Virus record (IMG/VR): IMGVR_UViG_3300032265_000524 | Location: 1-56,549 of that record | Origin: a virus | Taxonomy: Duplodnaviria > Caudoviricetes | Direction: 5' to 3' (one strand) | Length of the DNA stretch: 56,549 nucleotides | In this document: one piece after another, positions 20,341 through 35,300 of the stretch | How positions within the stretch are numbered: position 1 is the stretch's first letter | Layout of the letters: each line of letters starts with the position of its first letter | Translations under genes and position numbers: made by a program | The notes under the pieces: model-generated | The model's database searches: none | The model's input: the letters and a program-made list of their open reading frames with translations, nothing else | What the model was told of the DNA's origin: nothing

Positions 20341-23300
20341 ATGGCTGAATTTTATTTAGGTAGAATTAAATTTGTATACCAAGGTAACTGGACAACAGGT
20401 ACATCATACGTAGTTGACGACGTAGTCACTGTAAGCGGAAAAACATACATCTGCGTAGTGAGTCACCAAGCATCTACACTGTTTGTAACTGATCTTAACT
20501 TTGCACCTTCAAAGTGGAGTTTAGTATCAGATGGCCAAAGTTGGAAAAATACTTGGACAACATCAACATACTATAATGCAGGCGACTTAGTAAAGTATTA
20601 TGGTATAGTCTACCAATGTAATGCAGCACACTTCTCTAGCCCATCGGCAAGTGCTTCATCGGTTGCTGTAACATCAGCTAGTGGTGTCAACGGTTTAGCT
20701 ACCCTAACATTTAGCGCACAGTCAAGTGCTCCGTTTGCAGTTGGACAAACTATTACAGTTACCGGCATGCAGCCAAGCGGTTATAATGCTACAGCAGTTG
20801 TTACATCGTGCTCAACAACACAAGTTTCATATGCAAATAGCACAACAGGTGCTGCTACAGTTAACGGTTATGTAAATGCAGTTGGCGGTCTAGAATCTAA
20901 TCAAGCTAATTGGGACACATTTGCAAATGCATTCAACTGGAGAAACAGTTGGGCTGTATCAACATACTATCATGTGGGCGATATTGTTAGTTACGGTGGT
21001 TATGTTTACTACTGTACTACTTCACATAATTCAGCAGCTACAACAACACTAGGTCTTGAAAATAATTCCTCAAATTGGCAAGTGTTTAATGCCGGTATTA
21101 CCTATCTAGGTGCATGGAGTTCAGGTGTACGCTATCGCACAAATGACATTGTTAAACAAGGTGCAGATCTATGGATTTGCGTAAGCCCACACACATCTGG
21201 TGTAGCAATTGATGCCACTGGTACATACTTCCAAACATTCTTAAATGGCCTTGAATTTTTAAATTCGTGGACAAATTCAACTGCATATATCGCAGGTGAT
21301 ATTGTTACCTATGGCGGTTATTCATATGTAGCAACACAAAACAATACTAATCAAATTCCAAGCACAGCTACTTCTTATTGGGTAGTGTACACAACAGGAT
21401 TTAACTTTGTAGGTGATTGGAATAATTCAACATCATACAAAACTGGTAACGTTGTAAGACAATCCGGTTATACATATCTAGCTACTACCGATAGTGCTCC
21501 TATTACACAAACTGTAACGGCAGCTAATACATCAAGTAATAATGCATTTACAGTAACATCTACAACTGGTATCGTGCCAGGTATGAGTGTTAACTTTAGC
21601 TATACACCAGTAAGTGTTACAGCAACAGCAACAACAGCAACAGGTAGCTACATTCTGTTAAGTTCAACAGCCGGCCTGGCAACTGGCATGCCTGTTACAT
21701 TTAGTGGTAGCGGTCTAGTAGGTTCTGGTATCACTAACGGTCAACTGTACTATATTACAGCAATCGCTGGCGCACAAATTGTTGTTAGCTTAAACTTCCA
21801 AGGTTCTCCAATTACATTAACAAGTACAAGTTCAGGTACACGTACTGGTACTGCTGGCGGATATCAAGGCGGCGTATTAGGTACAGCTACATATTATGTA
21901 CAAAGTGTTCCAAGTTCAACAACATTTACTGTTGCTACAACACAAACAGGAACAGCATTAGCCCTGGTAGCTGCTTCTGGCATTATGACTGCTACCGTAG
22001 CAGTACAACCACCAAATGCTTCATACTGGGCAAGATTAAATAACGGTTTCCAATGGACTAACTATCCACAGACATTTGCAGCACCAACAGTTACAACAGT
22101 AACCGGTTCAGGCAGTTCTGCAACATTTTCAGTTATTGCATCAGGAACGGTTTATACAGTTACACTAACTGGCGGCGGCAGCGGATATGCAACAGGTAAT
22201 GTACTTAAGATTGCAGGTACACAAGTTGGCGGACTTAGCCCAGCTAATGATATCTTAATTACAGTTGGTACAACAACTGGTGTTATTACAGCAGGTAACT
22301 TTACATTCACTGGTTTTTCATCAACATGGCAAGCCGGTCAGTCATACAGCCTAGGTGATGTTACATTCTGGGGTGCTAGCAGTTATACTTGTGTACAGTC
22401 ACATGTATCTGCAACAGCTAATCGCCCAGATAGCGATACAACAGCAACATTTTGGAATCTACTTGCTTCAGGTGCTGAGGTTGCAACGCTAACCACACAG
22501 GGCGATACATTCTACTACGGTCCTAACGGTCCTACAAGATTACCTATTGGTACTAACGGTCAAATACTGCGTACAACAAACGGTTATCCAACATGGTCAA
22601 CTTATGGCTTAATTAATAATTTAGTTTATGTTGGTCCTCTAGGTACAGATGCACCGGCTCCAGGATTTGGTCTAAGTATAGACACTCCATGGCAAACTAT
22701 TCGTTATGCTTGCCAACAAATTGAAGCTGGATATCAAAACCCACAGGCTCAGATGCTATTGCAAATGAACAAACAGTTCATGATGCAAGAAGTTGCAAAC
22801 TATGTAACCTATACATACAAAGCATCAGTTACAGGTACAAGCACAGGAGCATTCCTAACATCTAACACTGCTGGTTTAACACTAGGTCAGCCAATTAGAT
22901 TTGCTGATGCACAAAGTTTCTTGGTAACAGGCGTTGCTGTGAGTACAACAACAACTTACTATGTAAAAGCAATTACAAATAATACTAGCTTTACAGTTTC
23001 ATTAACACTTAACGGTGCTGCTCTAAACGCAACTGGTACTGGTACTACAACAGTTAGTTATTATACATCACTAACAAGTGAAATAGCACGTGATGCTGGT
23101 ATTGTTATTGATGCATTTATATTTGATCTAGGCCATGGTGGTACAACTAAGACCACTGCCGCAGCTCTAGCATACTTTACTACTGCCGGTAACTCATTTA
23201 TTAATACAGCAGTACAGGCTCAAGCTAATGTGTTCATTGGCGCACAAAATTATCTAGCAACATTAGTTAGTCTTGTACTAGCCAACACAGCTCCAGGCAG

Positions 23301-26300
23301 TAATTATCAAACATTGAACAGCATTTCAGTAGGTAATCGCGCGATCCAGCAGATCAATGCCAACTATACAGCTGAAGCCAATACAACATCACAGGTACAA
23401 GGTTATATCTCAATTATTACTACAGGCCTAGCAGCCGGTGCTTCTACTGCTATTCCTACAGTGATTAATCCGCAGACAACTATCAGCATTAAGACTGGTA
23501 CATTTAACGAAGTATTACCAGTTAACGTGCCAAGTTTCACAGCATTAGTTGGAGACGAACTACGTTCGACTGTAGTTCAACCAATGGCTGCTGATCCTCA
23601 GTTAGCTACAGTTATTCCTAAGAATTCTGCAGCACTAACACGTATCCAATCATTAATACCAAACTTGATGAGTAATACAACAATTACTCCAACATCTGGT
23701 AACACAACTAGTCAAGTAACTTCACTACCGGCCGCAAGTGCAGGTAGCACAACAGCTATCACAAACTTAAAGGCAGCATACAACACATTGTATGATATTG
23801 TAGCAAGTGGTACTAGCAATACTCCGGTAACTATAATGCCAAGCCCAACAGGTTGGGCTGCTGGGTCATTAACCAACATTGCTTATGCATGTTCAGGTAA
23901 TGCTACTGGTTCAACAGCTGGTTATGCCAACGGTGTTGCACAAATTAAACAAAACTACGCATTCTTAGTTGGTGAGACATTAGGTTGGTTACAAACCACA
24001 TACCCATCAATTTGGTCAGCAGAAGGTCCAACAAATACAGTTAGTGGATATAGAGATATTTCACACATTTTAGATTCTATCGTTTACGATATGACCTATG
24101 GTGGTAATTCAATGAGCGAAAGAGCTGGTAGTTCTTATTACTCATTCTATGCTCTAAATATTCTTGCTAGCGAAAAAGCACCGTTCATTCAAGCAATTCA
24201 ACGTTTACAAACAGTTATTGCTAGTGTTATAACAACAACTTCAGTATCACCTACAAACACTACAGTTGCACAAGTAACTAGTGGTAGTGCAGGTAGTACT
24301 AATGCAGCAACTTACGCTCAAGCATTATTAACTATGGTAATTGATTGGATCAGCAATGGTTCAGCAGATGCAGTAGTAATGCCTTACACTGGTTGGATTA
24401 GCTCTGACCTACAAGCAGCGGTTGCCGCAGTTAACGCACAAATCGCAAACAACAATATCCAATTAGATACACTAGGTTGGGTAACAAAGTATTATCAAAA
24501 TGTACCATTAAGTCAATCACTTACACAACGTGATGCTGGCCTAACCGCAACATATCTAGCATACGACATGGCATTTGGTAGTAACTTTAATGCTATCCAA
24601 TGCGGTCGTGCTTATTGCCGTACTAACACTAGCGATATTGCTCTACGCACTACTGCTGAGTTAGCACCAACACTTGGCGCAATCAACTTCCAATACTACA
24701 AAGTTAAACAGATTGCTGCATCAGGTGCAACAGCACAGATTCAAACAACTATCGATGACATCAATGCATTCTTAGTTGGCGGTGTTGCTCCTCCAGTAAT
24801 TACATGGCCACAACCTGCATTACCTTCTGGTATTACATATCCAGCAGTTGCAGGCTCAAATGTAACAGGTACTGGTACTAGTGCAACATTTAACATTACA
24901 CGTTACAATAACGGTAATGGTACAATTACAACTACTAATGGTACTATTGTAAATGCAGGCGGTAGTGGTTACTCAGTTGGTAATACAATTAAGATTCTTG
25001 GTACACAAATTGGTGGTGCATCACCAAGCAACGATCTAGTATTACGAGTTTCGCAAGCTAATGCTGGCGCAATCGTAGCAGTAACAGAATCAACAGTACA
25101 TGGTGCATTAAGATTATTAGAATCTAACCGTGCATTTATTCTAGCTGAAATTATTGCTTACATTAATGCTAACTATTCAAGCATTACAACAGATCCTAAC
25201 TACACAGTTGCAAAAACACAACGTGACATGGGTTATGTTTTAGACGCTATCCACTACGATTTACTATACGGTGGTAACTGGCAATCACAAGATGCTGGTA
25301 TGGCCTACTACTCAGCATTGTACGGCTCACAAATTACCAGTGGGTTTGGTACAGCATTTGTAGCAACTCTTGGATATGCAAGTACTATTGCACAAAGCAT
25401 TATTACAAACACCGCAGTTGGCAGCCCGTTGCAAGTTACAGTATCACAAGTACTAGCAGGTGCTACACAAACAACTGGTAATTCAGGTATTGCTACAACA
25501 GCAGGTGCATTGTTTACAATCGTAACTAACATTGTTACTAGCGGTTTAACAAACGGCGTTCCAACAAAGACAGTTACAACTATTGCAGGTACTAATACAT
25601 TTACAACTAGTGCAGCGCACGGTCTAAGTATTGGTGACATTGTTATTCCACAAACAACAAGCAACGGTCTAGTATCAACTGTAATTGGTTCTGGTACACA
25701 ATATTTTGTTGCTAGCATACCAGCTAACAATCAATTTACATTATCAGCTAGTTACAATGGCACAACGCTAACATCATTTACAAACGGTACAGGATTAACT
25801 ATTGCTGTTCAAACTATTAATATGCCATACATTGCATGGACAGGTACAACTAATCTTGCAGCCTTCCAAGCAGTTAGTTCAGCTCTAGTAGCTAACTATC
25901 AATCACAAGTAGTAACATTTATTAATACAAACTACTCAGCATTGACATATAACTCAACCTACGCACAACGCGATACTGTTAAAGTTACTCGTGCTGCGAT
26001 GTATGATATGTTGTTAGGTAGTAATTTTGCAAGTATTACAGCAGGTCGTGCTTATAATAGAACACAAGATTATCTAGTTCAAGGCTATGAAAAAACAGCA
26101 ACTGTCGCTGCACTAAATTATCTAATAACATTAGTAGCAAGTACACTAAGCCCATATACCGCCCAAGCTACTTCAGCTACAGGCAGTATTAGTTTAATAA
26201 TTAACTATCTATCATCTGCTAGCAACACAGTAAAACCAGAAGTTAACGGTACTGTAACTTATAACAATAACGTTAATCTGATCAAAGGTGCTGAAATTTT

Positions 26301-29300
26301 ACGTGCTAACATTCCATTCTTAGCAAGTGAAGCAGTTGCTTACTATGCAGCCAACTATGGCGGTACAGTATCAACATTAGCAGCCAGCGGTAATTTAATT
26401 ACAACTAGTGGTAATCATAACTTAAATGTAAATGATCCAGTAAAATTCTCAGGAACAGCAGCCGGTGGTATTGCTATCAATACAATCTATTATGTTGCTA
26501 GTACTCCAAGTAATACAACATTTACAATCACAACTGTTGAGGGATACCTAAATACTAATACTGGTACAACATATCCAGTAGTAACACTTTCAAGTGTTGG
26601 CAGCCCAACATTAACAGTTGCCTACTATCACGATGCAACTCAAACTAGAAGTGATATATCATACTTCTTAAATGCAATCGTGTATGACTTACAATATACA
26701 GGTAACTATAGAAGCTTAAGAGCAGCACAAGTATTATACAACGCTGTAAACGGCTCACAATTAAGCAACATGTGGTTAGTACGTAATGGTTGCGGTGTAA
26801 GAAACATGACCTTAACTGGCCTAAACGGCACGTTAACAGTTGCAAACGCCTATGGAACAAAACGTCCAACAGCAGGTGCGTACACATCATTAGATCCAGG
26901 ATTTGGTCCTTATGACTCAAATGCTTGGGTGTCAAGCCGTTCTACTTATGTACAGAACGTTACTTTGTTTGGTAATGGTTGTACAGGTCTTAAGATCGAC
27001 GGAGCACTACACGCAGGCGGTAACCGTTCTATTGTTGCTAACGACTACACAACAATTATGTCCGACGGTATTGGTGCATGGTGTACAGGTAGCAACGCCT
27101 TGACAGAACTTGTTTCAGTATTCTGTTACTACAGTTACTCTGGTTACTTAGCAGAGCTAGGTGGTAAGATTCGTGCTACTAATGGTAACAGTTCATATGG
27201 TACATACGGTGTTATAGCTGAAGGTGTTGACTCATACGAAGTACCATTGTACGCTAACCTAAATAATCAAGCTAACGGTGCTTATATCACTAACGTTCTA
27301 ACAGACAGTGTAACTCAAGTTCTACGTATGGAATATGAAAACGCTGGTCAAAATTACTCTAACGTACAATACACTATCGGTGGTACAGGCTATAACACTG
27401 TAACAGTTGGTAATGAATTCCGTGACGGTGCAGTATTTGAATCACGTTTAATTGATCTTAATGACGGTAACGGTGTGGGTGGCGCAAACTATCTAGCACA
27501 GGCTAACATTGGTCAAGGCGGCAATACATATAGTATTACAATCGCAGGTACTGACTTACAATTAGCCACAGCATATATTGGTGAACGCATCGTTCTAACA
27601 GCAGGTTCCGGTGTTGGACAAAGTGCATTTATCGTTGCATTTAACAACGGTAGTAAAACAATGCTAGTAGCAAAAGAAGGATTTACAAGTTTAACTGTAA
27701 ACTCTGCAAGTGCAACAACTAATGCCTTTACACTAGCAAGTGGTAATACTAATACATTGTACGCAAATATGCCAATTTGGTTTACTGGTACAGCAATCGG
27801 TGGAGCAAATATCTCTGTAGCTAACCCAGCAACAACCCCAGGTAGTATTCCGTTCTATGTAATTGGTACATCATTAACTCTTAATGGTACAACTTTCCAA
27901 GTTGCGGCATCGAGCGGTAGTACAACTCCAGTGGTATTAAATAATGATTCAGGTACTATGACTGTAGTAGCTGCAGGTTGGGATCATGTAATTCCAGGTA
28001 AGGCAATTGCTTCTGCACTTGACTTAACTAGCCAATATATTATTGAACCAAGACTAACATATTCAGCTCCGGGATACACAGCAACAGCAAGAACATTACC
28101 AAGCTCGCAAGAGTGGACTGCGGTAACATACGCAGCAGGATACTATGTTGCAGTTTCAGGTACTCCATTGGGTTCAAATACAGCAGCTTATTCATCAGAC
28201 GGTAAAAACTGGTCATTAAGTGGTCAATTACCAACATCACAAAACTGGCAATCAGTCACCTACGGAGGCGGCCAAGGTGCAGTAGCAACAGCAGTTGTTG
28301 GTGGCTTAGGCGGTGTAGGTTGTATATTATCATGTACATTAGGTACAGGACTTGCTTCACAACAAGTTGCATCAGTAACAGTAGTTGCTGGCGGTACAGG
28401 CTATTTGACTGCTCCAAGTATTGTGTTTACAAGTGCTAGCGGCACAGGTGCTGTAGCAACATGTACAGTGTTAAATGGTGTAGTTCAAACTGTAACAGTT
28501 ACTTCACCAGGTAGTAGCTATGCTACAGTTCCTACTGTAGTAGCCGCAACAGACAGATTGACCAGTATCATTGTTAACCGTGCAGGTCAAGATTACTGTA
28601 TTGCTCCAAACGTCACAGTTTCAGGTGGTGGTTCAAGTAGTCAAGCCACAGCTCTTGCATCAGTAAGTAACAACGGTCTTTCAACAATTACATTGTTAAC
28701 TGTAGGTTCAGGATACACTAGTACACCTACTGTGACTATCACAGATACTAATGCTAAATTTATTGCAACAGCCAACGGTGTTATCAACACAGCATATCAA
28801 TCACCAACTAATTTATCTGGTACTTGGACATCAGGTGGATCATTACCAGCTACAAGTTTCGTAGCAGTAACCTACGGTACAATTAGTTCAACACCAACAT
28901 GGGTAGCAGTAGGTGGTACAAATTCAGCAGCAAGTTCATCAGATGGATTAAGCTGGATTAGTAAAGTTATTCCTACACTAGCGTTAGGTTCATACGTAAG
29001 CGTGGCATACGGTGCAGGTTATTTTGTAGCAATTTCAAACAGTACAGCAACAGCCTACTCATTAAATGGTAATACATGGACAGTAGGTGGTGCATTACCA
29101 AGCGCACAAAATTGGAATAGTGTAACATTTGGTAACGGACGTTTTGTAGCTGTTTCAGGTACAGGTACAGCAACTGCCTACAGTATTGACTTTGGTCTAA
29201 CATGGACATCATTTGGTGCAGGTCTTCCAAGTGTACAAAACTGGAAAGCTGTTACATACGGCCAAGGAACATTCTTGGCAATCAGTGATGACGTAACTGC

Positions 29301-32300
29301 TCCATTATCTGTATCAAGCGTAAGTCGAGTTGGTGCAGCATCAATTTCAACTGTATCGCGTGTTGGTACAGCGGCTGTAAGCACAGTTGCACGTGTGGGC
29401 AATGCTCCAACATCGACATATCAACGCTATGGTACATTTAACTTCTACTCAACAGCACGTTCAGGTTCAACAGTAACAGTTAATACTGGTACTGCTGTTC
29501 AAACTTCACTAGCTACCGCAGTAGTAACAACAAGTATTGTTGGTTTATCAGGACAGTTTACTATTGCTGTTAGCTCAACATCTGGCATTTACAAAGGCAT
29601 GTTGGTAACCGGTACAGGTATTGGTGCTGGCGCAACAGTTTCAAACTCATGGGACGGATCATCTTCAGTATTATTAACTGTAGCTAACAGTTCAAACCCA
29701 AGTGGTACAGGTACATTTGGTAACAATGCTGTGACAGTTGGTAGTACCGCAGGTATTACTGTAGGTACAAACGTAGCTGGTACAAACGTAAGTGGCACAG
29801 TTTCAGCAGTATACACTTCACCAGGTAACGTGGTAATACTAAGTGCTACTAACGGTGGTACACCAAGTGGTACAGGTACATTCTATACAACTGTCGCACA
29901 CGGATTAACAGTAGGCGGCGTAACAACAACTGCTACAGGTACAATTAATACTAACTATGTAACTGTTGGCAGTGTAGCAGGTCTAATGGTTGGCATGAGT
30001 GTATCAGCAGGTACTGGTTTTGTAATTGGTTCTACAATTACAGCGATCAACGGTTCTACACTAACACTGAGTAGTGCGTTAACAACAAGCCCATCAAGTG
30101 GCTCAGTAACATTTACCTATAACGTAACTGTCGCTAACAGCACAAGTGGCCTAGACACAACCAACGTAGCTATTACTGTAACAACTACATCAGCATTTAC
30201 CTACACACTAGGTAGCGGTACTGTTGCTACAACATATACAACAACTGGTCTAATTACTCCAAGCACAATTACAGCATTTGTAACAACTACAAGTGCTGGG
30301 TTATGGAATACTATAAGCACAACAAGTACAACAGGTACTATTGTTAATAATGTAATCCCAACAGCAATCACCGTAGCAAACACTTCTGGTGTTTACACTG
30401 GTATGGCAGTTAATGATCTATACGGTTCAGCAACACTAACACCAAGTGCTACAAACGCAAGTGGCAACGTAATCACTGTTCCAAGTACAGCAACACTAGT
30501 ACCAGGACAGCCAGTGCAATTTACCAGTACACCTGCAACAAGTATAATAAACGGTAGTGCTAATAGTTCACAAAGTATTTCAATTACCGGCGGGGTACTA
30601 ACAGGTACAGTTGGAACATTGACCTACGCAGCACAGGCTACAATACCTTTTGTTCCAAACGAAACTATTACAATTACTGGTGCAAATCCTCCAACACTAA
30701 ATGCAAACTGGGTAGTTCAATCTGCTACTAAGACTAGTGTGACATTTGCTACAGCATTAAGCAGTGCCGCAGTAACACCAACATTAACTGGTGCTGCCGT
30801 AGGTACACCTGGTGTATTTACAGTAAGTTCTACAACTGGTCTAGTAGTAGGCGAGGCAATTACATTTACAAACGTAATTCAAACTCCGACACTAACAGCA
30901 ACAACTAATGCTTCATTCACCACAACTGGCTCAGGTATTAGTGGATCAACACTGACTATTGGAACTATTACAGGTGGTACAGTAGTTATAGGTGCTGTTA
31001 TTTCAGGCGGAACTATTCCAGCTGGTACATATATTACTGCTAACCTAGCCGGTGGTAGTACTAACGGCTCTACATGGAGTATTAGTAACTGGATTGGGAC
31101 TTCAATACCTACACAAACTACACAGGCAATTAACGGTGCAGTAAACTTAATCACATTGACTAATACTACAGGTATTGTAATTGGTGAGTCATTTATTCCA
31201 ACCACAACTAACGGTGGATTAACTGGTTTATCAACTTACTATGTAACTGAAGTTATTAGTGCATCTAATCAAATTGCAGTCAGCACGAGTTATCTAGGTA
31301 CAGCTAATCAGACATTAACTACTACAACAGGTCGTACAGATGCTACAACATTTGGCAGTATATTTGGCGGCCTGACATCAGGTACAACTTACTATATTGC
31401 AACATTACCAGTTAGCCCAGTAAACAGCATGACTCTAAGTACAAGTGCTTCATTAACACCGACATTTAACGTAACAACTGGTGCTAACGGTTCATGGACT
31501 AGTTCAGCTGGTGCTGTCCTAGCGGCAGGTACTATTGCAACTGGTGCAAACGTTGTTCCATTGGCAAGCACTTCAGGTCTAGTAACTGGTCAATCAGTTT
31601 ACTTTAGTGCTCCAACAACTGCTAGCGGTACAGTGATATCAACTAATTCAACCGGCAACTTAATACAGGTTAATAATACAACCAGTTTGGCAATCGGTAA
31701 GAGTATTACATTTAATGGAACACTAGCCGGTACTAATTTAACAGTTGGTCAACAGTATTTTGTGTTGACAATTCCAACTCCGGGAGCCAACGGTACAATT
31801 ACTGTTGCTAACACACCGGGCGGCACAGCAGTAGTAGTTAATACTATAGCATCATTTGGTACGCCTCCAGGATTTACATCAAGCTATGCAATTTCAGGCA
31901 GCGCATTGAACACCTATAGTTCAGGTACACCAACAGTTGCTGGTTCTGTAGGTAGCAATATTGCTATCAACACACAGGGACTTGGATATGGTGTTGGACA
32001 ACCAGTAACATTTGGCAGTGCGTTTGGTAACGTCACTACAAGTACAACTTACTTTATTCAAAGTTTGAATACAGCAGGTATCAATGGATACATTGCTCCG
32101 GGTACTGCTACATCGTTTACAGGTAGTATTTCAGGTACAACATTGACAGTAACCAGTGTGCCAACAGGTTCTGGTATTACAACAGGTATGGTATTAAGTG
32201 GTGGTACTATTGGTACTAGCGTATATATTGTATCTAACGTATCAGGAACTGGTACAAGTGCTTCAAGTTCATGGACAATTAATACCACAGTATCACAGAC

Positions 32301-35300
32301 ATCAACAACAATTACAGCAACACCAGTGTTACTAACAGTAACCACTGTTGGTAGTGGTACAGTAACTCCTGGTATGTATCTAAGTGGTGGTTCAGTAACT
32401 GCTAATACTATAATTGTTGCTAACAGTTCAGGTAGTGGTGGTACTGGTACATACTTTGTAAACATTAATCAATCTAGAGATAGTGCAGGTACTCCTGGTA
32501 GCTATAATGCAACTGCGATCAGCATTACCACAAGCCAAGGTGGCGGCGGCGCATTAACAGTAGGCCAAGGCGGTACAGGAACTGCTACTATCGCAGGTGC
32601 TGTACAACTAGCATCTATAAACGGACTAGTATCAGGCTCAACAATTACATTTGGTGGCTCAACAGGCGCAAGTGGTATTTCAACAGGTACTACACAGTAC
32701 TACATTGTTGATGTTATTGGTTCAGGTATTCCTGGTGTAATCACAATTTCGTCAACATTTAATGGCGCATATACAAGTATTACAGGTGCTTCATTATCAA
32801 GTGCTACATTTACAGCTGGTGCTCCAGTTCAAATTAGTGTAGCATCAACAGGCTCCTTGGCTACACAAACTATTGCAGTTACATCTACTAGTGGTAATAA
32901 TATTACTACAACTAGTTCAGTAACTGGATTAGGTATTACAGCAGGGCAACCAGTAACATTTGCATCAAGTTTAGGTAACATTATTGCTGGTACAGTTTAC
33001 TATGTATTGACTGCTAGTGGTACAACAATGACTATCAGTCAACAGTCAGGTGGCAGTACATTTGCTGTTGGTACAGGCGGTAGCAATACAGCAAATATAC
33101 AAGGTACTGTACAGCTGGCATCTACAACTGGTCTAACAGTAGGTCAGCCAGTAACATTCAGTGCAGCTTCAATTCCAGGAACTGTAACCGCTACAAATGC
33201 TACAGGTAACTTAATTACTGTTGGCAATACAGCAGCATTGGTAATTGGTCAGGCAATATCGTTTAGCGGTACACTAACAGGCACAGGTATAACAAGCGGA
33301 GTTACATACTACATATTGACTATTCCAACACCAGGTGCTGGTGGTACAATTACAGTCAGCCTTGCATATGGCGGATCAGTTCTACCAGTGTTAACTAATG
33401 CTTCAGTAACAGCTAGTTACTCAGCAGGTGGTCCAGGCTATGTAACACCTAATGCTACTGCTACAAGTTCATCTGGTAATACTGTAACATTGTCAAGTGT
33501 AACAGGCGTATCAATTGGCCAACCAATAACATTTACTGGGGCAGGTCTAGTAGGTAGTTTAATTGTAGGAGGTCAAACATACTACATCCTAAGTATAGCA
33601 AGTACTAATATTACTATAGGCCTCACACAGGGTGGCTCAGCTGTGACATTGGGTAATGCTAGTTCAGGTACACTAACTGCTACAATTGGTGGTAATTTAT
33701 TTGGTAACTTGAATGCTAGTTTATTCTACTATATTACAACAATTTCTGGTAATACTTTAGCAATTAGCCAAACACAAGGTGGCACACCATATGTGCATAT
33801 CTTGGCACAAGGTCTGGCTTCAGGTACAGCAGGTGGTACAGCATTTGGTAATATGCTATCAGGAATTCCATACTATATCACAAGTATAACTGGTAACAAT
33901 CTTACAATTAGTACAACATTTGGCGGAACAACATTTGTTCCAGGTAATGCAGCTGGCGCAGCAACAACTTCTACAGGTGGCCTAACAAATACTGGTATAA
34001 CTCCGAGTACTATTTACTTTGTATTAGCAGTTGCTTCAACAACAACATTTACAGTATGTGCAACACAATATGGTACACTAGCAGTTCCGCTAGTAACAAC
34101 TAACCTAGGAGCTACTTCAGTACTATCGGGAGGTTATTTACCAGCAAACACTACGGTATTCAGCGTTAACTATCAAACAAATACTGTAACATTAAGTGCT
34201 AATCCTATTGCACCAATGTCAACTATATCAATATTCTTCCTACCAATTGTAACAATCGGTAGTACACTAGCAGTTGACGGTACATTTACAATTAATCCTG
34301 TAAGTGCAACAGTGTTTAGTTTAACGACAACAGGTGCTAACGTTGCAGCTGGCACAGCGATCGCTACTGGTCTAGCTACATTTGTAACACCAACATCAAC
34401 TGTTGTTACAAGCGTACCGCACGGATACCTAACAGGTTATACTGTTAATCTTTCAGGTGTTGTAACAAGCGGTCCTACTGGATTTGACCAAACTGGTGTG
34501 TCAATTAACGTAATTAACAGTACATCGTTTACATTTACCAACACAGGTTATGCTTCTTTAGTAGCTACAAGTGCTACAACAGGCACTGTAACTCCAAATA
34601 CACCGTCAGCATTTGCTACAATCACAACTAGTGCTCCACACTACTTTACAACAGGATTGTCAGTAACTGTTTCAGGTGTTTCAACAACTGGCTTTAACGC
34701 CAGCGGAGTAACTGTAACTGTAACTGGTGCTAACACATTTACGTACAGTAATTCAGGTATAAGTGTAGCAACAACAGCAGTTACCGGCGCTTCGGCAAGT
34801 TCAACAAGCAATATTGCTACATTAACAACACAAACAGTACACGGATTGTCAACTGGTAACACAGTAACAATCGTTGGTACAGGTGTTACTGGATTTGACA
34901 TTGCCAATGTAACTATTACAGTTACAAGCACTGTAGCATTTACCTACGCAGATGCAGGTTCAAGTATTGGTGCTACATCAACAACTGGTTTTGTCTACTT
35001 GCCAAGTAACGTGGCAGCAACAAGCCCAGACGGTTTAAACTGGACTTCACGCACATTGCCAAGCGCATCAAGCTGGCGTGCCGTGGCATTTGGTAATCCA
35101 AATAGCAATCCACTATTTGTTGTAGTGTCTGACACACCGGGTACATTTGCAGCCAGTGTGCGTACAGGTGCTACATCACAAGGTCGTGCAAAAGTAATCA
35201 GCGGCGCAATCAGCGAAGTACGTATGATTGAGCCAGGTTCAGGATATCCAAAAGGCACAATTTCAGCAACCTATGCTCCTGTGGTAATGACAGTTAACAG

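Noticed and set aside
29305-29466. 33-nt periodic DNA repeat
   Set aside because: Nucleotide copies are well diverged; the periodicity is at protein level and is reported under the nesting finding
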